IMG/VR virus record: IMGVR_UViG_3300043391_000853
Span: 32,001 to 96,000 of that record
Strand: one strand, 5' to 3'
Source: a virus
Lineage: Duplodnaviria; Caudoviricetes
DNA length: 64,000 bases
The notes beneath the pieces were generated by a model that saw only the letters and a list, made by a program, of their open reading frames with translations, was not told the origin of the DNA and searched no databases. Of this stretch, positions 9,474-17,430 are shown piece after piece (the first letter of the stretch is position 1; each line of letters starts with the position of its first letter). The position numbers and the translations under genes were made by a program.

Positions 9474-9695
9474 TTATTTTTCAATGTCTTTCAACTCAGG
9501 GGCTATAAAAACACTCGCACATATGTAGCGAGTCTCCTTCAAAGGATCTCTGCTAGGCTCTGAACATTCAAGCAATTCTTTAGCCATTAGCTTCAATAGA
9601 TCCATCTTTTTCTTTAGTGCTTCCACCTCATAGCGCAGTTGTAGATTGTTCTCAATCAGTTTTTCGACAGGTTCGTCTAGTGTGTTGTTTTCCAT
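9474..9695 (-). CDS. small coiled-coil protein
   Basis: Start MENNT; heptad-like pattern. Confidence 0.55.
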   Translation of the reverse strand: MENNTLDEPVEKLIENNLQLRYEVEALKKKMDLLKLMAKELLECSEPSRDPLKETRYICASVFIAPELKDIEK

Positions 9696-9712
9696 AGTTC
9701 GCATATAAATAT

Positions 9713-9735
9713 AAAAAGCACCCATATAGGGTGCT
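9713..9735 (-). terminator. intrinsic terminator after tRNA-Val
   Basis: AGCACCC-TATAT-GGGTGCT followed by T tract on minus strand. Confidence 0.65.
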
Positions 9736-9743
9736 GTATTGGA

Positions 9744-9818
9744 TGGTGGGCAGTGAGGGATTCGAACCCCCGACCAACTCGATGTAAACGAGCCGCTCTA
9801 CCGCTGAGCTAACTGCCC
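9744..9818 (-). tRNA. tRNA-Val(TAC)
   Basis: Cloverleaf GGGCAGT/ACTGCCC, loop TT-TAC-AT, TTCGAAT T-loop, encoded CCA. Confidence 0.95.
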
Positions 9819-9833
9819 TTGATTATGTATGGT

Positions 9834-9907
9834 TGGTTGGCTGCCCAGGACTCGAACCTGGAATAAGAGATTCAAAATCTCCTGTGTTACCATTACACCA
9901 ACAGCCA
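9834..9907 (-). tRNA. tRNA-Gln(TTG)
   Basis: TGGCTGT/GCAGCCA acceptor, loop TT-TTG-AA, encoded CCA. Confidence 0.93.
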
Positions 9908-9910
9908 GTG

Positions 9911-10138
9911 TTACGGCTTCAGTGCATCTAGCAGGATTTCACTCGAGTAGTAAACTTGTGAAACCATGTTTCCTTTTTTATCTGGGTGTATAAACTCGTA
10001 CAGCGGACGAGCCAGGGGTCTACCTCCTTCATCTCTGTTGTGGATATCTACACATTTGGCTACACCGATGAACGAACTGTCTGGAGCCTCTAGGTCCTCG
10101 TAGTCTATATAATAGTAGTTATTGAGTTTAGGAATCAT
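9911..10138 (-). CDS. hypothetical protein (start MIPKLN)
   Basis: ATG at 10138; the upstream GTG falls inside an RNA motif. Confidence 0.6.
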   Translation of the reverse strand: MIPKLNNYYYIDYEDLEAPDSSFIGVAKCVDIHNRDEGGRPLARPLYEFIHPDKKGNMVSQVYYSSEILLDALKP

Positions 10139-10160
10139 ACATCTTACTCTAAGAAAAGCT

Positions 10161-10420
10161 CTAGTCTCTCCTAGCGTCACACCACTTATACACTGGCAGG
10201 TGTCGCCTCTATAGATGTCTCTCCATTAGTCACACCACTGACCCAACCAGCGTAAGCATCAGGTGCTATGCCAATCAAGCCTAGCGGCATGGAGCCACTA
10301 GCAGGTGTCGCACCCCAATTGGGGGAATCTTCTACCGTCTCTCCGATATGTCACACAACTTTTATCGACCGAGTACGCCCGGTCCGTTCTTTTCCGAAAT
10401 CCAGAAAAGGCATGTGTCGC
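10161..10420 (-). ncRNA. three tandem copies of an unidentified structured RNA motif
   Basis: GCGACAC(C/A)TGC...AGT(G/T)GTGTGAC-stem-GAGAGA-stem at 10333-10420, 10212-10311 and 10161-10206, with compensatory changes. Confidence 0.75.
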
Positions 10421-10422
10421 AA

Positions 10423-10552
10423 TTCTCAGCAGGATTTACAGGCTGCTACATTCCAATTACAGCCTCACCTAATACCAGGGGGGTCGTGGTTACTGAGAAA
10501 AGACGCCTTGAGGCCTCTCAGCCGCAAGCAGCAGAGGAAGGGATCTCAAGGC
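10423..10552 (-). ncRNA. two long stem-loop domains downstream of tRNA-Met
   Basis: GCCTTGAG/CTCAAGGC (10505-10552); TTCTCAGTA/TGCTGAGAA enclosing AGGCTG/CAGCCT (10423-10499). Confidence 0.5.
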
Positions 10553-10558
10553 AATAAA

Positions 10559-10632
10559 TGGTTGCGGGACCAGGAATCGAACCTGGGACTTCAGCTTATG
10601 AGACTGATGTTTTGCCACTTCACTATCCCGCG
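10559..10632 (-). tRNA. tRNA-Met(CAT), initiator-like acceptor stem
   Basis: CGCGGGA/TCCCGCA with C1-A72 mismatch, loop CT-CAT-AA, encoded CCA. Confidence 0.92.
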
Positions 10633-10645
10633 ATTTAAATGTTAA

Positions 10646-10690
10646 AGAGCAGCCGGCCCCACCCAACCGGATGAGGCCGTTACTGTTTCT
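10646..10690 (-). other. GC-rich hairpin between tRNA genes
   Basis: CGGCCTCATCC-GGTT-GGGTGGGGCCG; the G-U pairs form on the minus strand. Confidence 0.5.
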
Positions 10691-10747
10691 ACACTTGGTA
10701 GATCAGCTTTATAAAGTATCTCATTTTTATACTAGAACGCAACAAAA

Positions 10748-10846
10748 AAACTCTGGTTGGGATCGAACCAACGGCATGTGCATTATTCCCGGCGTTTTGG
10801 TCCTTAACCATGAGGGTGCACCGCTCTACCGCTGAGCTACAAAGTT
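10748..10846 (-). tRNA. tRNA-like RNA with 34-nt expanded anticodon loop, no encoded CCA
   Basis: AACTTTG/CAGAGTT acceptor, D-arm TAGCTCAGCGGTAGAGC, GTGCA/TGCAC stem, T-arm GTTGG-TTCGATC-CCAAC. Confidence 0.8.
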
Positions 10847-10856
10847 TCTATCCAAT

Positions 10857-10932
10857 TGGTCGTGACGGAGAGACTCGAACTCTCGATAACTTGCTCCCAA
10901 GGCAAGTGCCATAGCCACTAGGCGACGTCACG
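10857..10932 (-). tRNA. tRNA-Pro(TGG)
   Basis: CGTGACG/CGTCACG acceptor, loop CT-TGG-GA, encoded CCA. Confidence 0.93.
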
Positions 10933-11163
10933 TTATTTTATCTTTACACCTACCCAAGTCCCCGCAAATGAACCCAACATGACGGGGAGCAGCATACTGT
11001 TATCTCCTATAACACTAATCACTGCAGCACCTGCAGTCAATGTTATTAAAGCAGCCCAGAAACCTGCCAACCAGGCGTTATCTTGTCGCACGGTTTGAAT
11101 GTAGCAAGTGCAAAACACACTAGCTGCAAAAACCGCAAGAAATGAAGCTATCCATATAATCAT
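10933..11163 (-). CDS. small multi-pass membrane protein
   Basis: Three hydrophobic segments; GSFAGTWVG C-terminus. Confidence 0.7.
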   Translation of the reverse strand: MIIWIASFLAVFAASVFCTCYIQTVRQDNAWLAGFWAALITLTAGAAVISVIGDNSMLLPVMLGSFAGTWVGVKIK

Positions 11164-11177
11164 ATAAATTACTTGAG

Positions 11178-11252
11178 TGGAGCCGACACTCGGATTCGAA
11201 CCGAGGACCTACGGTTTACAAAACCGGTGCTCTACCGCTGAGCTATGCCGGC
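11178..11252 (-). tRNA. tRNA-Thr(TGT)
   Basis: GCCGGCA/TGTCGGC acceptor, loop TT-TGT-AA, encoded CCA. Confidence 0.95.
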
Positions 11253-11261
11253 ACAGTAATT

Positions 11262-11498
11262 TTAATGACCGCTGAATTTACTAAACTTATATGCAGACTC
11301 TACGATCTGCTCTTCAGTAGGATACTTGTTAGTGTACAACTCCAACACAACCTCTCCCTCTTCTTCAGGGGGAACGGCCGCTCTGGCTACTGCCAATAGC
11401 TGTTGAAACTTATCCGTGTGATAATGCCAGGCCAACATAAGTAGCTGGCTCAGTTTTTCTGCATTTACTTCTTCGCTATTCGCTGTATCGCTGCTCAT
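11262..11498 (-). CDS. hypothetical protein
   Basis: YPTEEQIVESA motif. Confidence 0.6.
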   Translation of the reverse strand: MSSDTANSEEVNAEKLSQLLMLAWHYHTDKFQQLLAVARAAVPPEEEGEVVLELYTNKYPTEEQIVESAYKFSKFSGH

Positions 11499-11749
11499 AA
11501 TGGTCCTTCCTCTTTAAGTTTTTTGTATTGCTGCTGAGCTAACACCAAGCCTTCAGGTGTATAGGTGTACACACCTGGAGAGCTGGTCTTTTCTATAAAA
11601 CCTTCCATAACCAGATACTCCATAGATTTCTTGGCACGTCTTTCTATCTCCGAGAATAGCTTCTGGATCTCTACCTGCTTCTTATTATATCTCTCTGGTT
11701 CGCTCGAGTCTTCCTCGGCACCAAAGTAATCTTCTTCGTTTTCATCCAT
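11495..11749 (-). CDS. small winged-helix-like protein
   Basis: MEYLVMEGFIEK...YTYTPEG resembles a wHTH wing. Confidence 0.55.
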   Translation of the reverse strand: MDENEEDYFGAEEDSSEPERYNKKQVEIQKLFSEIERRAKKSMEYLVMEGFIEKTSSPGVYTYTPEGLVLAQQQYKKLKEEGPL

Positions 11750-11774
11750 AACAAAATTATTTGATAGCTAGGCC

Positions 11775-11987
11775 TTAAAGTAAAGGCTTTTTTAAATTGT
11801 GTGTCGAAAACCTTCTGGATGTACGTGTACGCAAAAAGTACTTGTGTTCTTTTGCGGCGGGAATGGAGGGCTTGCTGGCGGTTAGAGTATAATGATCTTC
11901 TCCTTCGATAGCTTTTTTTTGCAGCTCTCCAGAGCTCACCATTTCCTCTAAGATACGTATGACTTGTTCTTCAAATGTTTCTTCCAT
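11775..11987 (-). CDS. small protein, winged-helix-like
   Basis: ILEEMVSSGELQK...YTL. Confidence 0.5.
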   Translation of the reverse strand: MEETFEEQVIRILEEMVSSGELQKKAIEGEDHYTLTASKPSIPAAKEHKYFLRTRTSRRFSTHNLKKPLL

Positions 11988-11988
11988 A

Positions 11989-12747
11989 TTATTCAAATAC
12001 ATTGCTCCAATATCTGCTGTCCGTGTGGCCCTGTTTTTTATCCCAGTAAATACACCTCGCTATATAAGGAGATATATTCCACATGCTACACATATCGACC
12101 CAGTGATCTTCTAGCCTTTCATACTGTTGAGCGTGCTTGGTTTGGTCTAGCTTGTAAGCTTGAAACATGTGTGTATCCAGGCACGTAATCTTCGCCTCGT
12201 TAGGATAGCATAACTCCAAAGCAAAGCTTGTCTTAGCTGGACCTAGACCCATAGTGACCTCTTTAAGTCTATTTCTGAACGCGCTCCAGGCTTCTCCGTT
12301 TTTCTTTTTATAGTTTGACGGATTTTCCCAAAACTTGTAAGCGAACTCAGAGATAAACTTGACTCTTAGATTATGCATACCTACACCGCTGTTTTGTATC
12401 TTCTCTAATAACTCTGACCATTTATTAATCCACTTCCACCAATCTTTGATGTTGTTGTATCCTGCTACATTCATCTTCCATGAGGTATGTACACTCATGA
12501 ACGCGAATAGCCATCGCTTAAATATCTCACTATCGTCCTGGGGAGTTATAGATTTCCAGTAATCTCTATATGTGGAGACTTTCGTGTAATCCATACCCAA
12601 GAAAAACATTTCAATCTCGCTATACTCGGGAGCAGCTTTCGTGACTTTTGTCGGCTTAAATGCAGTGTCCCATAAAACCATCTGACTATCTGCAGATTCT
12701 TTATCGGAGAGGTGTTGGTAGCCTGATAGGAAATCTAGCTGTATCAT
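11989..12747 (-). CDS. HhH-GPD superfamily DNA glycosylase-like protein
   Basis: HhH motif MGLGPAKTSFAL, then CLDTHM with catalytic Asp. Confidence 0.75.
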   Translation of the reverse strand: MIQLDFLSGYQHLSDKESADSQMVLWDTAFKPTKVTKAAPEYSEIEMFFLGMDYTKVSTYRDYWKSITPQDDSEIFKRWLFAFMSVHTSWKMNVAGYNNIKDWWKWINKWSELLEKIQNSGVGMHNLRVKFISEFAYKFWENPSNYKKKNGEAWSAFRNRLKEVTMGLGPAKTSFALELCYPNEAKITCLDTHMFQAYKLDQTKHAQQYERLEDHWVDMCSMWNISPYIARCIYWDKKQGHTDSRYWSNVFE

Positions 12748-13247
12748 GCTTGTTTATTCTGTTTTCTGCGCAAGTGCTCAGCAATCAATAAACCGTCAGC
12801 GTCACGCTTTATATTCAAGTCAGGGAATAAACGCTTCCCTACATCTAGACTAGCTCTTTTAAGTTCGTCACTTCCCTTCAGCCCTTTAGGTAGCAGCTCT
12901 TTTTGCCACTCCTTGCTATCAATGTACTCATAGGGCCAACTATGTTCCTCTAATGCTATCAATGTGGCTTCCAGTGCCCTGATGGCGCTAAGAGACGCGT
13001 TAAACCTTGTGCTGTTGACCATAGGTCTTTCGAGTCCAACCTTCAATATACCTCGACCGAAATCTTTCAAGATATCCCCCATGACTAGAACCAGATTGCT
13101 ATAGTCGATTCTAGTGATGTGCCTGGCTTCCTTTGTGTAGCTCAGTTCTTTTTTGATAGGTAACGTATATAGTTTAGCGCGGCCTTCAGAGTCAATCACT
13201 CCTATACCGTTGTTGGTTACCCCATTGTCGAATCCGATAAATAACAT
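12744..13247 (-). CDS. RuvC-like Holliday junction resolvase
   Basis: IGFDNG, GLERP, KEWQK, DADGLLIAEH. Confidence 0.8.
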   Translation of the reverse strand: MLFIGFDNGVTNNGIGVIDSEGRAKLYTLPIKKELSYTKEARHITRIDYSNLVLVMGDILKDFGRGILKVGLERPMVNSTRFNASLSAIRALEATLIALEEHSWPYEYIDSKEWQKELLPKGLKGSDELKRASLDVGKRLFPDLNIKRDADGLLIAEHLRRKQNKQA

Positions 13248-13261
13248 GTTTTTATAAAGTA

Positions 13262-13288
13262 GGGTGAGGGGAGCAGCTCCCCTCACCC
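13262..13288. terminator. perfect GC-rich inverted repeat (terminator-like)
   Basis: GGGTGAGGGGAGC-A-GCTCCCCTCACCC; weak T tail on minus strand. Confidence 0.55.
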
Positions 13289-13305
13289 AGTTGCAGTCGA
13301 CTAAC

Positions 13306-13503
13306 TTAAACTACAGTCTCGAGTATTTCCATAACACGAGTGTAGTTCTTATGCTCTGCGTTTTTTACACGCAGATTGTTCTTTAGCCAGCGAGCGTCAT
13401 CGTTGTGCTTGACCTCTTTCCTGTAGTTAGGAAGATCCATCTTGCTGATGAGCTTCTGTATTTCTGCGAGTTTTGCTAGATAATCGCTAGTCATACTAAA
13501 CAA
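13306..13503 (-). CDS. hypothetical protein
   Basis: MDLPNYRK...RWLKNNLRVKNAEHKNY. Confidence 0.6.
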   Translation of the reverse strand: MFSMTSDYLAKLAEIQKLISKMDLPNYRKEVKHNDDARWLKNNLRVKNAEHKNYTRVMEILETVV

Positions 13504-13978
13504 CTAAACCTAGAAGTCTCAACTCAGTGACTGTCAACCTTTCGAGGGCTTTCACTACACCCAACTGATAGCAGAAAGGGTCTTCCTCTGCACACTCACT
13601 ACTGACGCAGATATACCCTAGGGTAGTCTTAATCGATATGTGTGTGTATCCTCCTTTTGGTAGAAGGGTATACATAGGATCTTTTCTGAATATCGCTGGA
13701 ACTACGATGGGTCGCAGTGTATGGCGCTGATGGTTACTAAGCCTCTCATTATGTCCTAAATAAAGCGCCCATCTGAAGTGCTTGACTCTTACGTTGTGTC
13801 CTGCTTCTTCAAGAATCTTCAGGGTAACGTTATTTTTAGCCGTGAACATAGGCTTTACTTTTGGAGGTCTAACGAACCAGGACCACTTGATCCCTGTCGC
13901 TACCTCAGTACGTACACACAAACCGCTAGGTGTTACTTCAGTGGTGTACTTCTCTTGACTGTTGTCTGCTTTATTCAT
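13496..13978 (-). CDS. hypothetical protein
   Basis: PKGGYT...SECAEEDPFCYQLG, a phage-type small domain. Confidence 0.7.
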   Translation of the reverse strand: MNKADNSQEKYTTEVTPSGLCVRTEVATGIKWSWFVRPPKVKPMFTAKNNVTLKILEEAGHNVRVKHFRWALYLGHNERLSNHQRHTLRPIVVPAIFRKDPMYTLLPKGGYTHISIKTTLGYICVSSECAEEDPFCYQLGVVKALERLTVTELRLLGLVV

Positions 13979-15191
13979 CTGCTGTATGGTTGGATTGTGA
14001 CGATTCTTCTGTGTCTAGTTCTAGATCGCTTTTGCGTTTTCTTTTTGTTTTATTAGTATTTTCGATCGCTTGCTCAATCTCAGGTGGAGGCATGTCCGGA
14101 ATACCGAAGGCTGTCCGTATAAGCTCCTTTGCCTGTAGGCTGTTCTTGATCAGGAAGCCTAGATCTGATTCTCGGAATTTTTTGCTGGTATCTATAATTC
14201 CTGCTGTCTGCTGTCCTTCGACATCGATCAAGAACTCTTGACCAGGAGTATCCCAGGTGTACCATCCGCCTGTCTTGGATACAAGCGAGGGATACTCTTC
14301 CCCGAGCTTCCTGACTAACGGGCTGTACCAATCAATGCCTCCATTGATATGGATGTCGAATTCTATCTTTTGGCTGTTACCTTCTCGACCAAGCTTGTTG
14401 CGCTTGACCACGAGATTGTGCGTTGAACCGCTCTTGCGTTTCACGCCCATGTGATCTTCTTCTAGGTTATCTTTTATCCTAGCTACCTTGAATTGGTATG
14501 TGCTGTTGAACCTTTGCGCCTCGCCACCTAGCAAGGCTTCTGGCTTCTCGGCACCGAAACCCTGCATTCCACCAATCTGCTCACGCAATTGGTTTGTAGC
14601 TACAAACACAATATTCTCACACTCTAGGTATGGAATAATATGCCTGTAAAAAGCAGCCATCAGCTTAGCGTGCTCTCCTGGCTTGGCCTGACCTATAACA
14701 TCCTGGTCTCTTTCGTAGTCTGTGGCTCCGCCAGCGATAGAGTCCAGCGCTATCATTATCGGTGTTTTGCCATCGGTGTACTTGGCATAATTCTCGATTG
14801 TAATCTTACACAGAGTCAACGCCTCTTCAATCCCTTTAGGATTGTGATAGATGACTTGCTTAGGATCTACTCCTTGCAGCTCCATGTATCTAAAGTCTGG
14901 AGCGTTCTCGGTCTCGATCCAGAAGAATTTTCCCCCAGCCCTCTGGAAGACTTTGGCTAGATCGAACAATAGTGTGGTTTTAGAGCATCCCTTTTTACCG
15001 TAGACCAAGTAGCACCGACCGTACGCCATAAAGCGTCGGTCGAATGCATACTCCATCAAAGGATTATCCAAAACAATACCTGTAGGCGGCAACTCTTTAT
15101 CTACAGTATTCAACTCCAGGTTTACCGCCTCAGTTTTGAATGTTTTACCAAAACTTTTTTTAATTGAGTTTATGTATCCTTCGAAATCCAT
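13971..15191 (-). CDS. recA: RecA/UvsX-like recombinase
   Basis: Walker A variant GKKGCSKTT, IETENA, ALDSIAG, TNQLRE, GGEAQRF, GIDWY. Confidence 0.88.
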   Translation of the reverse strand: MDFEGYINSIKKSFGKTFKTEAVNLELNTVDKELPPTGIVLDNPLMEYAFDRRFMAYGRCYLVYGKKGCSKTTLLFDLAKVFQRAGGKFFWIETENAPDFRYMELQGVDPKQVIYHNPKGIEEALTLCKITIENYAKYTDGKTPIMIALDSIAGGATDYERDQDVIGQAKPGEHAKLMAAFYRHIIPYLECENIVFVATNQLREQIGGMQGFGAEKPEALLGGEAQRFNSTYQFKVARIKDNLEEDHMGVKRKSGSTHNLVVKRNKLGREGNSQKIEFDIHINGGIDWYSPLVRKLGEEYPSLVSKTGGWYTWDTPGQEFLIDVEGQQTAGIIDTSKKFRESDLGFLIKNSLQAKELIRTAFGIPDMPPPEIEQAIENTNKTKRKRKSDLELDTEESSQSNHTADE

Positions 15192-15199
15192 AATTTATA

Positions 15200-16291
15200 C
15201 TAGTCTTGTGCAATGAACCGCAGTGCGTCTTCTCTAGACAGTCTACCTGAGGCCATAGGGTTAGGAGGCAATTGACCGATGTCTGCTACACCAGGAGCAT
15301 TTACCGGCTGTCTATCGACGTACGCCGGGGGAGCTGTATCGTAGCTGGGTGCACTGTTCTTGATGTTTGTCGTAGCCATCGACGGGCGAGCAACCTCGAA
15401 TAATGGGCGAGCAATCTCCATCGACGGACGAGCAATCTCAATCGACGGAGCAGCTACAGGCTGAACCACAGGCTGGGCTACAGGAGCGGCGCTGGGTAAT
15501 CTTGCGCCCTGCACAGCCCTCTTTGTGAGTCCTGCGTAACCATCCATACAGTCTTCAAACACATCTGATGAATACATTTCACGCAGCTTGGCAATAATCT
15601 CCTCCTTGGACCTGTGTACAAGGATCTCGTCTAGGTTGTACAGATAATCGTTGTCAGCCAGCTGATTAGGAAGTTGTACAGGAGCATTACCGTCTACCTG
15701 CAGTACCCAAGGATTTGCACTGTTCTCCTTCAACTTAACGAAGACTGCTACACAGCGGTCAGGATCGTTAATGGGAGGCCTTTCGTTACCCATAAGATCC
15801 TTACCATCAATCCAGCTTTGTAGAATATCTGCACCATTACGGAGAGGCAGGTCAAGCACATGTGCGCCCGCTGCAAGGTTTTGAGCGAACGCAACGTTGT
15901 ACAACACACGGTCGGTTACACGACCATAGACTGGATACTTCTTGAACTTTTTCCCATTGACTTCAGCGTCCGTGACCTTGGCTTCTTCAGGGTATAGCGT
16001 CCTGAAGTGGCCTGCGAAATACTCAGCAGGATCTTCAGCCCTGTTGGGTACATAGTACTTTTCTTTAAAGTTTACACCAAAATTATCACGCACGCTAACT
16101 TTTTTGTACCAGACACCATTACCTGAACTGTCTGTTTTGTAGGCTGGAAGAAAATACAGATACGCACCGTCCTGGTTCGTATTCTTGTTGAAAGACGCCT
16201 TTCTTACTCCTTCTCTGATATAAGGTGTGGCAGATACGGTGAGATTTAGCTCTGAACCTTCGAATTTATTTGAGGGACGAATAATTGCCAT
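15200..16291 (-). CDS. probable single-stranded DNA-binding protein with Pro-rich tail
   Basis: Position next to recA; YFLPA...LYNV core resembles phage SSBs; Pro/Ala-rich C-terminus. Confidence 0.55.
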   Translation of the reverse strand: MAIIRPSNKFEGSELNLTVSATPYIREGVRKASFNKNTNQDGAYLYFLPAYKTDSSGNGVWYKKVSVRDNFGVNFKEKYYVPNRAEDPAEYFAGHFRTLYPEEAKVTDAEVNGKKFKKYPVYGRVTDRVLYNVAFAQNLAAGAHVLDLPLRNGADILQSWIDGKDLMGNERPPINDPDRCVAVFVKLKENSANPWVLQVDGNAPVQLPNQLADNDYLYNLDEILVHRSKEEIIAKLREMYSSDVFEDCMDGYAGLTKRAVQGARLPSAAPVAQPVVQPVAAPSIEIARPSMEIARPLFEVARPSMATTNIKNSAPSYDTAPPAYVDRQPVNAPGVADIGQLPPNPMASGRLSREDALRFIAQD

Positions 16292-16399
16292 ATTGTTTAT
16301 TAATGTGTATGTTACTAGAATTTTTGTAATCTTTACTTTTTTAAAAGATCTTGGTTATCTTTGACTGTCTTCAATGACTATCTCAGGGACGAGAGATAA

Positions 16400-16996
16400 T
16401 TAGACCATGAAGATCATTTTAGAGGTACGTTGTCCTCGTAGCTTGTTCAGAAAAGCCTGAACCATCATAGAGGCCATCACTGTCGGTAGCGTGTGGCTTA
16501 TGTTCTGCTCCTTCTCGTAGGCGAGTAGGCAGCCGCCTTCTTCCTGTGTATCGTCGATGTACTGTTTGAGCACTTCTTTCGGAAGCTCCGAATTAAACAA
16601 CGCACCCTGGCGACTCGTGCAACGCCCATCAATCCAAAAGAGCTTTTCTTTTCCTTTTTCCCATCCGTATTCATACAGTGTTTTACGGAAGGCCATACTA
16701 TCGACACAACTGAAGATGATGTCATAGTTTTTGAACTCCTTTTCCGTCATCCTCTTCTTTATACCGTTCACTACATATTTATCTTCAAGAACACTTACCT
16801 TGTACTTGCCGATATCATCAAGCTTGAAGTTCTGATGTAGCAGATTCTTAACATCGACTGTGTCGTCGTCGTAGATATCCAATTCAATCGCACTATAGTC
16901 AAACTGCTTCCTATTGAAGCCGTAGTCAAATAGTACTGCAAGCAGATTTGATCCGATCCCGCCGGCCCCGGCAATTGCAACTTTGTTAATGTTCAT
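16400..16996 (-). CDS. ThiF/E1-like ubiquitin-activating enzyme
   Basis: GAGGIGS, DDDTVDVKNLLHQ, GKYKV, SCVDSMAFR, WIDGR; candidate catalytic Cys156 (EGGCL). Confidence 0.9.
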   Translation of the reverse strand: MNINKVAIAGAGGIGSNLLAVLFDYGFNRKQFDYSAIELDIYDDDTVDVKNLLHQNFKLDDIGKYKVSVLEDKYVVNGIKKRMTEKEFKNYDIIFSCVDSMAFRKTLYEYGWEKGKEKLFWIDGRCTSRQGALFNSELPKEVLKQYIDDTQEEGGCLLAYEKEQNISHTLPTVMASMMVQAFLNKLRGQRTSKMIFMV

Positions 16997-17430
16997 TTTA
17001 ATAGTTCTAATAGTGTTGTTTTAGGTACGTAGTATGGATATGATGTGTCTCCCAGCCAAGTATTTAAGCTGTATATTTGACCTATGGGAGAATATATGAA
17101 GTTGTATACAAAACCTACAAATAAGCTATTTAAATCTAAGCTGCTTGGACTAGGACTGAAGGAGGGGTGGGTATGAAAACTAGCGTACATCTTCCACCCC
17201 TCCGATAGCTTTGAAAAGACCTTATCTTTCAGTTCAGTCAAGTCGGTCTCGTACAGACCCACAGCCTGCACTGTTCCTTTGTGTTTGTTCTTGATCTTAA
17301 TGAACAAGCGCTCCTCATCTTTGGATAGAATCAGACCGCCCTCTTCTTCCTGGGTGTGGGAACACTCTTCAGAAGCTTGCACCAGGGCAAGCACCAAGGA
17401 CTTGTTGTTTATTTGAATAATCTTATTCAT
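16993..17430 (-). CDS. JAB/JAMM (MPN+) metalloprotease
   Basis: EEEGGLIL plus complete H-x-H-x7-S-x2-D motif (HTHPSFSPSPSSLD). Confidence 0.9.
   Translation of the reverse strand: MNKIIQINNKSLVLALVQASEECSHTQEEEGGLILSKDEERLFIKIKNKHKGTVQAVGLYETDLTELKDKVFSKLSEGWKMYASFHTHPSFSPSPSSLDLNSLFVGFVYNFIYSPIGQIYSLNTWLGDTSYPYYVPKTTLLELLK

Noticed and set aside
10161-10420. CRISPR mini-array interpretation of the triple repeat
   Set aside because: Repeats are bipartite with highly variable, self-pairing inserts; no cas genes in the window.
10500-10558. Possible HDV-like (theta) ribozyme after tRNA-Met (contains UCCUC)
   Set aside because: It folds as a simple long hairpin; I could not build the P1.1/P2/P3 double pseudoknot or find the catalytic-C junction.
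10268-10645. + strand ORFs of 125 and 69 aa in the tRNA cluster
   Set aside because: Antisense to tRNA-Met and the structured RNAs; no protein-like features.
10684-10708. Hammerhead-like CUGAU...GAAAC on the minus strand
   Set aside because: Lacks the GA of CUGANGA and has no consistent stems I and III.
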